In this document: positions 1-16,069 of the stretch, one piece after another
How positions within the stretch are numbered: the stretch's first letter is position 1
Layout: each line of letters opens with the position of its first letter
DNA from: the human T2T-CHM13v2.0 reference genome, Homo sapiens
Assembly: GCF_009914755.1 (NCBI RefSeq)
Contig: NC_060941.1
Strand: one strand, 5' to 3'
DNA length: 64,000 nt
Notes under the pieces: generated by a model
Databases searched by the model: none
What the model was told of the DNA's origin: nothing
The model's input: only the letters and a program-made list of their open reading frames with translations
Position numbers and translations under genes: made by a program

Positions 1-290
1 GCAATCTTTCTGAGAACTCAGGGAGATTAGGGAAGACCAGCAAGTCAAGAGCCTGGTGATGCTGGAGGAGAGATGAGTAAGATGAAGACGGAGAGAGAGA
101 GAGAGAAGGACCAGGGTTGGATGGCCGGCCACTGAAGGTTTTTAGGTAGAGAATGATGTAATGCTATTGAAAATAAAGATATACTAATATCTTTTACAAC
201 TGTGCATAGAATAGATTATAGAGAGGCAAAAGAGGTATCTGGGAGTCAGTGAAAAGAGACTGTGCTGTGATCATCACAGTGAACAGCTCA
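1..290 (-). mobile_element. L2 LINE fragment (old)
   Basis: Purine-rich degenerate match to antisense L2 (e.g. gccactgaaggtttttaggtagagaatgatgt). Confidence 0.55.
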
Positions 291-773
291 GAGAGTCCCA
301 TTCAAACTGAACTCTGTGCTCTGCTGTTACTGACAGCCCTGTGGACCAAACTGACAGACTATGCCCTTGTTTCTTTATTGGTTTTTAGGAGTATTTTAGA
401 AAATAGATACATTTTGGTTACTATTTAAGTTGCAAATATTTTTCCATAGTTGATTATAGCCTATTTCATGATTCAAAGTATTAACATTTTAAATTTTCAT
501 GAAGTTGGGTTTGTTCATTTTTTCCTTTATTGGTGCTGAGTATTTTTTTGTCACATTAGGAAGAGCTTCCCCTCTGCAAATTTATAAAATATGCTTGCAT
601 GTTTTTTTCTTTCAATGTCTATATTGGGGGAAAAAACTTTAGATTTTAAAATGAATCTGTAAATTACTTTGGTCTATAAATAAGGTAGGAAACTAAGATA
701 TATATTATATATATATTTGTGAATATATACATGTTCACTGTGTACTTTTACGTCATTCCATACTGTTTTTTCA

Positions 774-1083
<310 letters not shown>

Positions 1084-2549
1084 CATGCTCGTTTTTTCAA
1101 TTGGAGCTCTATAATCCATTTTGATGTCTGGAAGTGTAAATCACCCCTCATCAGATTCTTTTACAAAATATTACTGGTTGTTCATGTGCATCCACTTCTC
1201 TTTATGACTTCTAGAATCAGTTTGTTCAAGTTTTATTTTTAAATAAATCAGTGAGATTTTAGAAGGGGACATGAATGGAATTCATAGCTTAATGTGGGGC
1301 AGATTGACATTTTAAACATCTTGAGTTTTCATATCCAGAAATATGTCTTTTCAGTTGTTCAGACTTTCCTTCTTGTCCCTTTGGCAAAATTTTCAGTTTT
1401 TAATCCTAGTGTTCTGATACTTCCCTTGTGTTTATTACAAGGCATTTTATCATTTTTCTTATTAAATAAATGGAGTTATTTTTCATTGGATTTTGCCAGT
1501 ATGTGGGGAAAGTTATTGATTTTTCTGTGTTTTTCTGTAACTTTATTGAATTTTCTTCCTAGTTTTAATAGTGGTTCAGTTGACTGCCTTGGATTTTGTA
1601 AGTAAACTGTCGTATCACCTGCAAAGAATGACAGCTATGCCTCTTCTATTTCAATATTTATTTCTCTTCTTTTTTTTCTTATTACATTGATTCCGACCTC
1701 TTTAAAAAAAGAGAAATATAGCGGTAACAGGCATTCCTTATAGAAATGTCTTCTGGGACACATCACTTAGTTAATCTTTACAGGTTACAAAAAAATGGCT
1801 TTTTACTAAAAAGTGACTTTTCAGATTACAATATTGACATTTAAAAAAGATTTTTTTAAAAAATAACTTTTTCTGCACTTCGAATGATCATACGATATTT
1901 CTTTTTTATGTCATGAATTATATAACATATTTTGATTTTCCATTCTTGAACTTTCCCTGCATTCCTAGAATTAATTCACCTTGGCCTTGATGCTTTATTG
2001 TATTACTACACTGATAATTTGTTTGCCAACATTTTATTCAGATATTTTCCCATCAAAATTTGGTTTGGTTTAGGTATGAGAGCCAAACATAGAGTTCTGA
2101 GATTTCCCTTATATTTATTACAAGACATTTTATCATCTAGACTTAAAAATCACTGAATTTTTTGTTAATCATTTTTTATGCTCTGAAGTGGTTTAAATAA
2201 CAAAAGTGATATATATTATTTAAAAGTTGTATCAAACTCCATCATCAAATGATCTGGTGCATTTTGAGGAAAGTCACTCTTTGCCTATCTGCTCATTATC
2301 TTCATTGCTACTGACACATTGATTTTCATTATATCCTGAGCTAATTTTGTCTAGTTTATCTAATGCTTGGAATTTATTGATATAAAGTTGAACATAGTGT
2401 TTTTTTAAAAAAAAAAATTAGTTGTAAAGTTTTCACAGTAACTCTTGTTACTTTTGCTTTGCCATTTCTGATGTTGTGTGGGCTCATGTGAGTTTACTTT
2501 CTTTAGCTAAGACCAGTTTTTCTGTTTTATTTACTGGACTTTTCAGTAA

Positions 2550-2964
<415 letters not shown>

Positions 2965-4599
2965 CATCCTTCTCTTTTATGTAGACTTAGTTTCGTTCAT
3001 TCTTATTTTCTTACAAATGTATTTAAGTTGATAACTTTTCCTCTGAGTTAGACTTTGGCCACATCTCCTAGACTTTGAAATATAGCAGGAGTTTGTTTTA
3101 TTATTTTTTAAATGATGTGTAATTTTAGCTTAATGTCCTATTTTACATAAAAATTACTTGGAAGAGTTTTTATGTTTACATTAGAAAATATTCCAGACAG
3201 TTATGATTTTGGCTGTTACTCACTAACATGTATTTTAATTTGAGAATGAGCTCCTGTTACCATTTCTACATTGAGAGGCTTATTGATATTTTTTTCTGGC
3301 TTAATGACTGATTTTTCTAAATGTTTTATAGATGTTTGGAAAATACATATTTTATGTTTATATGGCTACCTGTTTTTGTGTATAATTTATATATCTTATT
3401 TACTATTTGGCTCTATATTTTAAAAACCTTAGTGAATTATTATGTCTTTTGTCATAATTGTAGTTTTGTCAAACTCTCTTTTATTTCTTTGAATTTTGCT
3501 TTAAATGTTTCTCTATTGTATTTTATTTTTGTTCAAAAAAATTTATGATTGCTATTACTTTGGTTTATAGTTTTTACCAAAATGCAGTATTTGTTTTTAT
3601 CTGTTTTGATGCTTTTTTTTTGCCTTGTATTATCTGTTACCTAATATTTCTAGTCCTGATTTCTTATTGATCATAAACATATAGTTTATCTTTGTTCAGC
3701 ACTTTTTCTGCTTTTCTGTATCATTTTGTTTATAGAATATATATACATAAATACACATATGTATATTTGGTGGTTGTTTGTTTTTACTTCTTAGGAATCC
3801 TTGAAAAATAATTGAATTGCATTTCACAACCGCAGTTTAAATAATTATTTCGATTTTGTTTTTTTTAAACTTTGTTTTTGTTTTGCTTACTTACTTGGAT
3901 GCCTGTCTGCCTGTTTTTCTTCCTTTCTTCCCTCCCTCTGTTCTTTCCTTCTTTTGCTTTTATTTTTGTCTCTATTTTGGTAGTCTTCTTTCCGTTTTAA
4001 AAACAGATTGAATATTTGGTTGGCAAATTCTATGAGTGTTTATATTTCTGAAAAAATTCTTTATTTTATTATTCTAGATATAATTATTTTAATTATTTTT
4101 GTTAACTTTTTTATTATAGCAAAATTTTAGACAAATACAAATATATGGGGGTGGTAAGGTAAACCCTTTTTACTTATCCCTCAGCCATTCTTGGCTTATC
4201 TAACCTGTCCCTGCCACTCATTCCACCTGGATTATTACACTTCTGCATTGGATTATTTTGCAGCAAATCACAGACATCACATAATTTAATCCATAAATAG
4301 TAAATTTTTTTTATGTATTTCTGAAAGACAAAAAGACAAAGGCACTTTTTGAAAATATAATCACAGTGCCATTATCACAGGAAAAAAATGGAGCATTACT
4401 TCCTTAGCACATTGAAATTAGATTCAAATTATCTGAACTTCAACACTTTGAAATCATCGTTCCATTGTTTTATGACACCTAGTTTTGCAGCTGAGAAGTA
4501 TAATACTAATCTCTCTTTGTAACTGCCTTTAGTCTTGCTTTTCGGAAACTGGCAATATTTGCTTTTTTTACTTGGGATTTACATATTTCATGTATTTCC

Positions 4600-5030
4600 T
4601 TATCTTGTGAGCTCCGACCACACTAGGCCTCGTTTGGCTTCGTCCTGTGCCAAGCCACAGGGCCTTTGCACAAGCTGTTCCATCTTCTTAGAATGCTGTC
4701 TTCACATGTACCATCTGCCACCCCCTAGGAGGTCCTTTCAATGTGAGCCCGTCCCCTGCTTCCCTGACTGGCTACCTGGGCACCCTCCTGGCTTGCACTG
4801 CTATAACACCATTTACCTGTTCCTGGTTGCTCTTATCAGAACTGCAAATGTGCATTTTATGTATGTACGTATGTGTTTAGGTATAATATCTATTTTTCCT
4901 ACTACCATAAGCTCCATGAGAGTAGGGACTGTGTCTGTTTTTACTCTTCGTTGCATATGCAGTATCTACCATCGTTCTTCACATTTGATAAACGTTTATT
5001 AAATGCCTGAATTTTTGGAGGAATAAATGA
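4600..5030 (+). mobile_element. L2 3' end
   Basis: cagggcctttgcacaagctgttcc ... taagctccatgagagtagggactgtgtctg ... aaacgtttattaaatg, typical of the L2a 3' end. Confidence 0.75.
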
Positions 5031-5174
5031 CAAATATCCTCATAAGGTATTCAGTGTCTTTATTATGTAAACGACTTTGGATTTTTTTTCATTCCGTCCT
5101 TTTCTGTCCCTGCTCCTAGAATTCTCATTAGAAGGATATTCGATTTTGCTCAAACTATCTGCAGTGGCTTTTAA

Positions 5175-5846
<672 letters not shown>

Positions 5847-6211
5847 TAACCATCTAAATAAGTCATGTTTGACTAGCCTTCTTTTACAAATTGAAAGAAA
5901 ATGATAACATAGTAGCTTTATGATTATTCAAATTCTTCTAATTCTCCCTCTTTGAGGATATAAACGCTATTCAAAATGTATTCAATTCCTTAAAGTGTTT
6001 AGCTAACATGAAGTGAGAACCACATTGCTAGTCATTGGAGACAGACATGAATAGGTTTCTGTTCTTTTCCTTATCAGTTCGGTTAAGTAAGGCAGAAAGT
6101 GCATGTAAACAGGTCACAATACTGCAGTGTTAAAAACAATTATGACAGCGGATTGCCTAAAAAGAAAACTAGAAGACAAGAATTTGGAAAAGTTCTAAAA
6201 CGTTTGAAAGG

Positions 6212-6297
6212 GAAAATCAGTGGCTATTTCCTTTTTGTGTCCCTAGGGTTCTGAAAATCAGTGGCTATTTCCTTTTTGTGTCCCTAGGGTTCTGAAA
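6212..6297. repeat. Perfect 41-bp tandem duplication
   Basis: gaaaatcagtggctatttcctttttgtgtccctagggttct at 6212-6252 and 6253-6293, then gaaa. Confidence 0.97.
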
Positions 6298-6619
6298 GAT
6301 AGTAAATACTTCATGTTTAATAGATGAACTGGCATTCAGGGAATGAGGAAATTAATGTAGGCTGTTGGAGCAGAAGTCTTCTATTTCTTAAGTAAATATT
6401 TTCAATCATTTATGTGGACATAGTGAAGAAAACTATTCTGAACCTTAGTTGTATCTCGACTCTTTTGGGTACATTGTAGATAGCTTTGATGCTTAACAAT
6501 TAAGTGACAAATAAGCTGTTTCAGAGAAATTGGGAAGCAATAGGTCTTAATTCCCCAGTCTGTAATTCCCTGGTGTTTGTGCATGGGGGGTGGGGCTGGT
6601 ATAAGAGAGAGAGAGAAGA

Positions 6620-6911
6620 GGCTGGGTGCTGTGGCTCATGCCTGTAATCCCAGCACTTTAGGAGCCTGAGGCAGGTGGATCATGAGGTCAGGAGTTCAAG
6701 ACCAGCCTGGCTAACATGGTGAAATCCCGTCTCTACTAAAAATACAAAAATTAGCTGGGTGTGGTGGTGGGCACCTGTAATCCCAGCTACTCAGGAGGCT
6801 GTGGCAGGAGAATCATTTGAACTCTGGAGGTGGAGGCTTCAGTGAGCCGAAATTGTGCCATTGCACTCCAGCCTGGGCAACAAGAGCGAAACTCCATCAC
6901 CAAAAAAAAAA
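6620..6911 (+). mobile_element. Alu (AluSg-like)
   Basis: Full dimer, ggatcatgaggtcaggagttc; TSD aagagagagagagaag. Confidence 0.95.
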
Positions 6912-7229
6912 GAGAGAGAGAGAGAAGAAACCAAGGAGGAGGAGGAGCAGCAGCAGCCGGAGCAAAACACAGGCAACTAAAGGGACATCTGTGAGAAGCA
7001 CTCATTTTTAGAGCCTACATCCTTTTCTTTTGCATGACATAATAATGCCTTCAGGAGGCAGAGAACTCATGTATGGGTGTGACATACCTTGTTCTCCAGA
7101 GAATCATCATTTTGTGAAAATGTATCATCTGAGTGTAATTCAGGGTGGAAAATGTGATACCAGACAGATCATATACAGATGTAGATTCCAGAAAATGCTC
7201 TTTCATGTCTGTATTAAACTTAGAAATTT

Positions 7230-7670
7230 GGATTGCTTTTTTAAAACACTAAATACCTACTTAATATCACATAAACAAAGTGGCGTATATTTTTCTCACC
7301 AAATAAGAGGGATGAAGTATTTATGAAGCAGCTCAGTGATATACTAGCCAGCATCTTTGTCATTGTATTGGCCTTGATCCTCAAGTCACAAGTTATCTAC
7401 TATAGTGCCATGCATCACTTTTATAGTTGAGGTAGGGTTAATGGAGATATAAGATTTTAGCTATATGTATCGTATGTATCAGGAAAGCTAATGCAGTGTC
7501 AGGAAGTTTCTGTTCATACCTCTACCTCAGAACTAGATTATATGGCCACTCTTAGCTGCAAGAGAGGCTAGTAACATGAATGGTTAACATTTCCAGCTTC
7601 TTTAGGAAAGGTAGGCAAACAAGAAAAGGAATGAGAATGAATTCTGGATTGGCAACCAACAATATTAGTC
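7230..7670 (-). mobile_element. MLT1-family (ERVL-MaLR) LTR, degenerate
   Basis: tatggccactcttagctgcaagagaggctag and terminal gattggcaaccaaca resemble antisense MLT1. Confidence 0.55.
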
Positions 7671-7719
7671 AGGGATTTGAGATTTTGCACGGTAGATTAT
7701 TTGCATCTTTCTACTTGTA

Positions 7720-8700
7720 GCTTGTCTATGACTTTATTTTTAAAAAGCATCAATTACAAAAACATATAGGTAGGTCTTGTTTTTGTAGCTAGTCTCACAA
7801 TCCTTGCCTTTTAATTGCACTGTTTTACTTGTATCTAATGTAATTATTTATATAGTTGAGTTTCAATCTACTATCTTGTTATTTATTTTCTAGCTGGTCC
7901 CTCCGTTTTTTGTTTCTTTGTTGATCCTTTTCAGGCTAATCAAGTTTTTGCTGCTATTGTTGTTTTGTTCTTTGCTTGGATTCCATTTCTTCTATAGCAA
8001 GCTTGTCCAACCTGTGGCCCACAGGCTGCATGAAGCCCAGGATGGCTTTGAATGTGGCCCAACACAAATTCCTAAACTGTCTTGAAACATTGAGAGTTTT
8101 TTGTAATTTTTTTTTCAGCTCATCAGCTATTGTTAGTGTTAGTGTATTTTATGTGTGGCTCAAGACAATTCTTCTTCTTCCATTGTGGCCCAGGAAAGCC
8201 AAAAGATTGGACACCCTTCTTCTATAGGCTTTTAAAGTAATTTAAAACTTAAGTTGTTTAAGTTTAAACAACCCTTTTTGTGGTTGCTCTAGGGATTATG
8301 TCTCTTTAATTTATCAGTATCTACCATTACTATGAGTTAACATTATTTTCATGTGCAATGTAAGGTTTTTTCAGCAGTATTATCCTACTTATATCCCTTC
8401 CATCCTTTGTCTATTGGTGACATAAGTTTTACTCTTACATATGTTTTAAGCCCCACTCTACATTGTTTCACCTTTTTTTTCAGTCAAAGAACGTAAAAAA
8501 GAAAAAAAGAGTTTTTTGTATTTATCTATATATTTACCATTTCCAGGACTTGTTTTCCTCACCTAGATATTCAGGTTTCCCCTTGGCTCTATTTCCATTT
8601 AGTAGAAAGAAATTTCTTTACAATTTCTTATAGAGTGAATCTGCTGGTGATAAATTCTCTTAACTTGTATTTATCTGAAAACATCTCTTTTGCCTTGCCC
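7720..8700 (-). mobile_element. Old L1M fragment hosting MER30
   Basis: Antisense L1M motifs (tagtctcacaatccttgccttttaattg; aatctgctggtgataaattctcttaac). Confidence 0.7.
7998..8219 (-). mobile_element. MER30 (hAT-Charlie MITE), full length
   Basis: caagcttgtccaacc ... aaagattggacaccc termini; 8-bp TSD ttctatag (7990-7997, 8220-8227). Confidence 0.92.
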
Positions 8701-9498
8701 TTAATTTTTAAATTTTATCTATATCTTTGAGTTGCTATGATTTTTCTCTTAAAATAATCTTAACTTAGAACAGTATGAGATTTACAGAAAAGTTGCGAAG
8801 GACATGCTGAGGACTTGAGATACTGGCATACAATTCCTATTTAGTTATACTAGAATCAAAAACCTAACTTGTATTAATTAATTTGCAAAAAATCATTCTC
8901 CTCTTAGGGGTACCAATTCAGTATATTTGATCCCTGTTGGAGAATTTCTTATGTGCATACATGGGTTGATCTGAATGTGAAATGCTGAATTTCTATTTGA
9001 GTGCATTTATCAAGTATCTAACCTAAAGATTTTCAGGCTCCTACAAAAGAAATGTGGAACTACATCCATTCTTTAAAGGCTACATTGGGTGGGGGATGGA
9101 AGAGTGGGTATCAGTAGGGTGCTTAGTTGAGGAGAAAATTTTGAGATTTTTCTTTAGAAGTTAAGGGTTCCCAAAGGTTTGAAGTTTGAGAGAAAGAGGC
9201 AGAAAGAGTTAAACTAGGGGAAGAAAGGAGTGATTCACTCTGACATTGGTGTTCTTGAAAAATTCTTTTCGGGTCAGGTTAACCAGTCTTCCCATCCTAT
9301 GCCCACAGGACCAAATGTTTCACAAGTCCTTCAGCAAGCAAGTTCACAAAAGAACTTGGAATTCCATTCTGTTCCTTAATCTATCACTGAGAACAGGGTG
9401 AGTTCTTTAAATCTCAAATCGTTCTAATTTTATCTAAACTTCATTAGCTTGTCTTAAAATAATTCCCAAACCAAAGAATAATAGAAAGCTGGCTCTCA

Positions 9499-10041
<543 letters not shown>

Positions 10042-12223
10042 TCAGCATGGGTATAGTACCCTCATCCACAGTCTCAGCTCTACCTGAGCTTCCTTTGCTT
10101 TTGTAAACAGCTTTATTGAGATATAATTTACATATGATCCAAAGCACTTATTTTTCATTTACTTTTTGCTGCAGCTTGAAATCTGGATCCCAGATCTCAA
10201 AATGTCAAATACAGAAGGAGGGCTATAACAAATAAAATGATTGAGGGAGCCCTTGACATCTCAGCGTGTACACCCAGCGGTATATGCACCCCTATTTCAC
10301 GGAAGTGACAACCCACAAAGGCCCACATTTCTAAGTTTCTGGCCCCACATCTCTTGGGAATATTTCCCGTCCATCTGCAGCTCTTCTCAGCTTTGGTGCC
10401 GCGTTTTCATCTTATCAAAGATTCATGCAAGTGTGTCAGACTGGCACACGTAGGCTGTCGAGTCTGATGCCCATACACAAGGGAAGACTTTCCAATCCTT
10501 TTCCTGTCGATGACACTCTTCCTTTCCCCCGTAACACAGCATTTAGAAGGAAAATTATCTGTGAGCTGTCTTTGGCATGAACAGAAGAAGAAGGAACTCG
10601 TATTTATTTGTTCATCCAGTAACTCTTGAGCACTGCCTGAGTGCTGTGGCCTGTGTTGGGCACAGGGGTTACTTGTCAGGTCAAAACAGACAGGGCCCCT
10701 GACCTCGTGGACCTCATGGGAAATGAACCAATAGCTTCCTGGATAGTAGAAGCTCTTTTCCTTCATGGAAATCTGTAAATGGACCTTGGGTGGTAGGTGG
10801 GGTATTGGGGCTGGAGAACACAGTTGTGCTCCAGATTGGGGGGTGGAGAGAAGAGGCCACACCAGCCATAATCCTCCCCTTCGTTCAACTCCTCAAGACC
10901 CTTCTGTGATTTTTCTTCAAGCCTCTAAGTTCAAGCTGGAGAATCTGGAACTATATGTTGGAGATCTGTGAGGTATGGCATCTAGATTTACTTTAAAATC
11001 TCAAACTACTATCCCATGTCATCCGACCTGTTATGCTTTGGTCTTCTTAGTGCACAATTAGGAAGCTGAAACTCACAGAGCGGTGATCAAAGATACTCAA
11101 AGTGACCTGACTAAGTAGTAGCACAGCGAGGGCCGGGTCTCCAATCACCTGCCTATCTGGTCCCTGGAGCCCTCCCCACCTCATTGGTTCTGCCCCAGAT
11201 CTTCCTTTTGCCAATTTTGCTCCTCACAACCAAGCAAACCCTGACATCCTAGCTTCTGGCTCCAATTTCTTACCCGGTAAGGGTCAAATATCTGTGAAAA
11301 TCATTCTGAGAAATGTGCCATCATTCTCAGATGGCAGCCTTGACATGTCAGGACAGCCTGGATCCAGGCGAGGATCACCCCAGATGGAAATGATAAACTT
11401 GGGGGCACATCCAGGCGGGCCCAAAAGTGGAGCAGGAGCAGGGATGCTGGCCTCTGTGTTTCAGTTCATCAGGCTGAAGGGGCAGCAGGGCTTTGGCAGG
11501 TTGAACGGCACGAGCTCTAGAAACAGGACAGTGCCAATACTTTTCTAGGACTGCATCGGATAAACTGGGACATCTGCAATATTTCCTAAGCAAACTAGGT
11601 TACCCCCCCCACTGCTGCGGCTACCCGAGGGCATTGGGCAGCTGGGTGACCCAGAAATGGCCATCTCCTTGTCCAGCTCCATCTGGAATTCCAGCCCCTA
11701 ATTCCGGGGCACTGACAACCTTTAGGTGAAAGCGAGCTTTACAACACCAAATGGAATCAAGCCCATTTTTGGTGTAGGATGCCTATTCCAAAACAATAGG
11801 GGGAAAGAAACATTTCTCATTTAAAAAAAAGACAGCATCAGGAAGTGAAATGGCAAGAAATCTTCCCCATCTACTTTTACGTTTTATAGTCTAGAGAAGC
11901 AAAATAATTGCAGGAAAGTGTGCCATGTTTAAAAAAAAAAAAAAAAGACTTGATGTCAAGAGACATTGATTTGGGTAGCTAAACTGGGAAAAATTACTTC
12001 CTCCCTGTGCTTAACTTTCTCAGTGGTACAATGAAGAGGTTGGCTTAGTTGATCTCTCAGTCTTTCCTGCTTTGAAAGCCTATGATTATATGCAATCTCT
12101 AGTTAACAATGCCAAAAAACAATAACGGGGACAGCCGATGTCTAATATGCTCCTCCTTGACCCCAAAAGACTTGTTGATTCAGTGACTGGGTGACTCTGC
12201 AATGCAGTACTAAAGGCCCTAAA

Positions 12224-12518
<295 letters not shown>

Positions 12519-13709
12519 GCCCTAAATAGGGGGATGTAGGGCAAGGACAAGGAAGGTAGTGGAGGTCAGCTGCTTTCTCTACTCCCCTCTAAAGACATGC
12601 ACTCTTTGTTCACTCCTTCTTCCAGGGCACTCAGAACCCTGTGTGCATTCATTTGTGTGTGTTGTAGTATTGCAGGTTCTAAACTCTCAATGATGTAAAT
12701 GAGAAGAGGGAACCAATAGGCAGTGAATTCTACGGTCTATCAGAAACAGAGCAGTCTTGGGGTTGGGGCCAAGCTCATTTACTCAACCATTCATAATGAC
12801 ATGGCACCATATTTGGCCAGCGCCTCAACCTTCCGAATCCTAGACCATCTGTCTAACACCGTTAATTGGCTCCAGAGGGAGATGTGCTCAGAGGACATTT
12901 CAGCACATGCACATTGAGGATGATGCAAAGTTTTTGTATCCAGACCTCTGTGTGAAATCCTCTGTCCTTGGAGGCATAGATTGAACCACGAGTCAGTCCA
13001 CTGATCCACTTAGGCTGAGGATATAGGCAGGCCTCTTAACCTGGGTCACACTTTCCTTTCCCAGTGTCCCAGAGTAGGGAGTCCCCTCTCAAGGAGAAAT
13101 CAGCCTGCATTATCTTACCACATCCGCAGCAACGTAGGACTTCAGGGAAACTTCTAAGACAATGCGATTCTGAAATAGCAAATGAGGTAGTACAAAGGAC
13201 ATCTTTAATGTCCATTACGACCTTGCTCTTGAACTCTGTGGACATGTTAACCCTCTGGGTGGAGTGGGAGGAGCCGTAGGGTTGGAATACTCCTATAAAG
13301 TTTAAGGGAACCATCCGATAGAGACTGATGTCCAAATAAATGCTGTTGAGGATAGATGAGTCTAAAAACCTGGTGTTTGACATGTATGGTGCAGAGTCAG
13401 AGACCACAGTAACTATTTCCTCATTTCCAAATTCATCCAGGATAAAAGGATTCTTCCTAGGTCGCATACCATGAATACACATTAATCTGGAAAAACCTGA
13501 CTTCTGAGTTGGTGTGATTTCAAAAGATCACCATGATGGGGTTTCTACTGCTCACTAACCAAATGACCTTGGGCAAGTCATTTCCCTTCCGCAAGGATTA
13601 GTTTTATCATCAGAGAGATGAGAGGGTGGAACCAAAATATTCTCTTGTGGTTAGCTTAGAGACGCCTTAGGACCCTTCTAAGAAAAGGAAAGAAAAGCAT
13701 CTCTATCTA

Positions 13710-14108
<399 letters not shown>

Positions 14109-14140
14109 TTAAGTTAAAGTTTCCCCATTCAGAAGCATTT

Positions 14141-14212
14141 TCTCTCTCTCTCTCTGTCTCTCTCTCTCTCTCTGTCTCTCTGTCTCTCTCTCTCTCATAG
14201 ATACACACACAC
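14141..14212. repeat. (CT)n/(CTGT) microsatellite plus short (CA)n
   Basis: Direct reading. Confidence 0.9.
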
Positions 14213-14599
14213 AGTTTTGTTAAATTAAAAAATGTATATATTTTTAATAAATACAAATTCATTCACTTTTTTGTGACATTTACAGTTTATTTCTTCGGCA
14301 ATTACTAGTTGTGGAACCCAGCATGATCTTTTAACCCTCAATTTCTTCATCTATCAAATGGAGATACAAAAACTATGTCAAGGCAACAAATGAACTAGAA
14401 ATGAGTACAGCATATTGGGTAGGAAATTGGATCCTGGACTCGGGCCACACACATGACTGCAGGTTCTCAGCTCTGTGACCTTAGTGCAATTCCCTCCCAC
14501 CTCTGTGGGCTTTGATCCCACCACCAGTAAACAGGGGCAATAAGAGAACTTTTCCCTAATGGTTGCTTTGTTTGTGGTGGGGTGATTCGGAGCCACAGC

Positions 14600-14822
14600 T
14601 CTGGGGCTAGCCTTGGAAGCATTCCAAGCCTCATTCTGACATTTACTGGTTGCAGAACCACAGGCAGCTTAATTAACCTTCTTGTGCCTTGGTTTCTCCA
14701 TCCAAAAATGGGAATGGGAATGGTGCTTATCTTCCAGGGCTTTCTTGAGAATTAACTGAGTTAATACATCTAAAGTACTTGGAACAGTGCCTGGTATGTA
14801 GGAAACACTCAATAAATAAATT
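14600..14822 (+). mobile_element. MIR
   Basis: ttaaccttcttgtgccttggtttctccatccaaaaatggga...tacttggaacagtgcctggtatgtaggaaacactcaataaa. Confidence 0.8.
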
Positions 14823-14829
14823 GCGTGTG

Positions 14830-15190
14830 TGTGTTGTTAAGTCTAATACAGTCACCAAGAGTCTTTTAACAAATATCCCAACAAAAACTACAAGTAACAA
14901 AACAGTGTTTCTCTTGTGGATCTTACATTCTGAGGAGAATGACAGACAACACACAAATGAAAAAAATAAGTATGAAGTAGGTCAGGCAGAGGAAAGTATG
15001 ATGGAGAAGAAACAAAGAAAACCAGGGAAGGGGCAAATGGAGAGGGAGGAAAGGGTGCCCCTTAGATGGAGTCATCTCTAAGGAGGTGAGGTTTTCAATA
15101 AGGAGCTGAATGAAGGGAGGGAGTGTGCTGTGGGCGCATCTGCTGTGAGGCAGAGGGTGCATTGATGTAAAGGCTGCATGCTTGAATGTG
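14830..15190 (-). mobile_element. L2 fragment
   Basis: gatcttacattctgaggagaatgacagacaac...tctctaaggaggtgaggtttt. Confidence 0.65.
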
Positions 15191-16069
15191 CTTCTGCTGC
15201 TAATAACGATGGTGATGATGATAACAATAAATCAAAACAATGCTTTAATAAATAGTACTCAGTGGATGTTCAGGACATCCATGCAGGCACATTGACTCAT
15301 CTTAGCCTGTAAGTTATTACAGTCAGCAGGTGTTAAGATTGCAATTGCCTGTATTCAAAGAGGGAATAAAGAAAAGGTGGCAGGGCTTCCTGCTTTAAAT
15401 GCTGTCTGCCTAGCTAGTAGCCCTGGTGTAGCCTCTTCCAGTTTCCCATCAAGTGACCTATGAAGACAGAAAGAAGAACAGCTGCTCATGGACTGCTGAA
15501 CATGGACACCGTGAGTTAAGCTGCTATCAGGATCTTGGAGAAATTTTTACTAATTCCAACGTCGTTACATCTCTATCTTAAAAATGTAAATCGACACCAA
15601 ATTTGTGGAAATAATGTGCATAGGGGTAGGGTTACCATTTACTGTTATCTCGGAGACTGTCCGTGGATAAGCATAGTTTCCAGATAACTGGGCATTCATC
15701 TTCTCTCCAATTAATACATTTTTGGCCCTGCCCTTCCCAACTCTTCCCTGCAAACTCCAGAAAATAAGAAGGGGATGGGGTGAAGAGATGGGTGGCGGCA
15801 CAATGCATCTTGGTGGGCAGAGTCTCCACGCGAGTAAAACATTTTAGGTAAGGGTAGAGTTTGGAAGAGCCTTGGGAACAAATATACTGGGCATTACAGC
15901 TTTCCTTATGTGGTTTTTTTAAAGAAGATCTGCAAGAACCAGTTGGAGGGGACAGGAGAAGATCCCAGCAAGGTCCAGCAGAACCAGTTGTCCTGGTCTG
16001 AATTTTTAGCCATTGTAGGGTAAAGAAAATCGACTTAATATAGGTTATGTGAAAGAGGGAAGCATTGAC

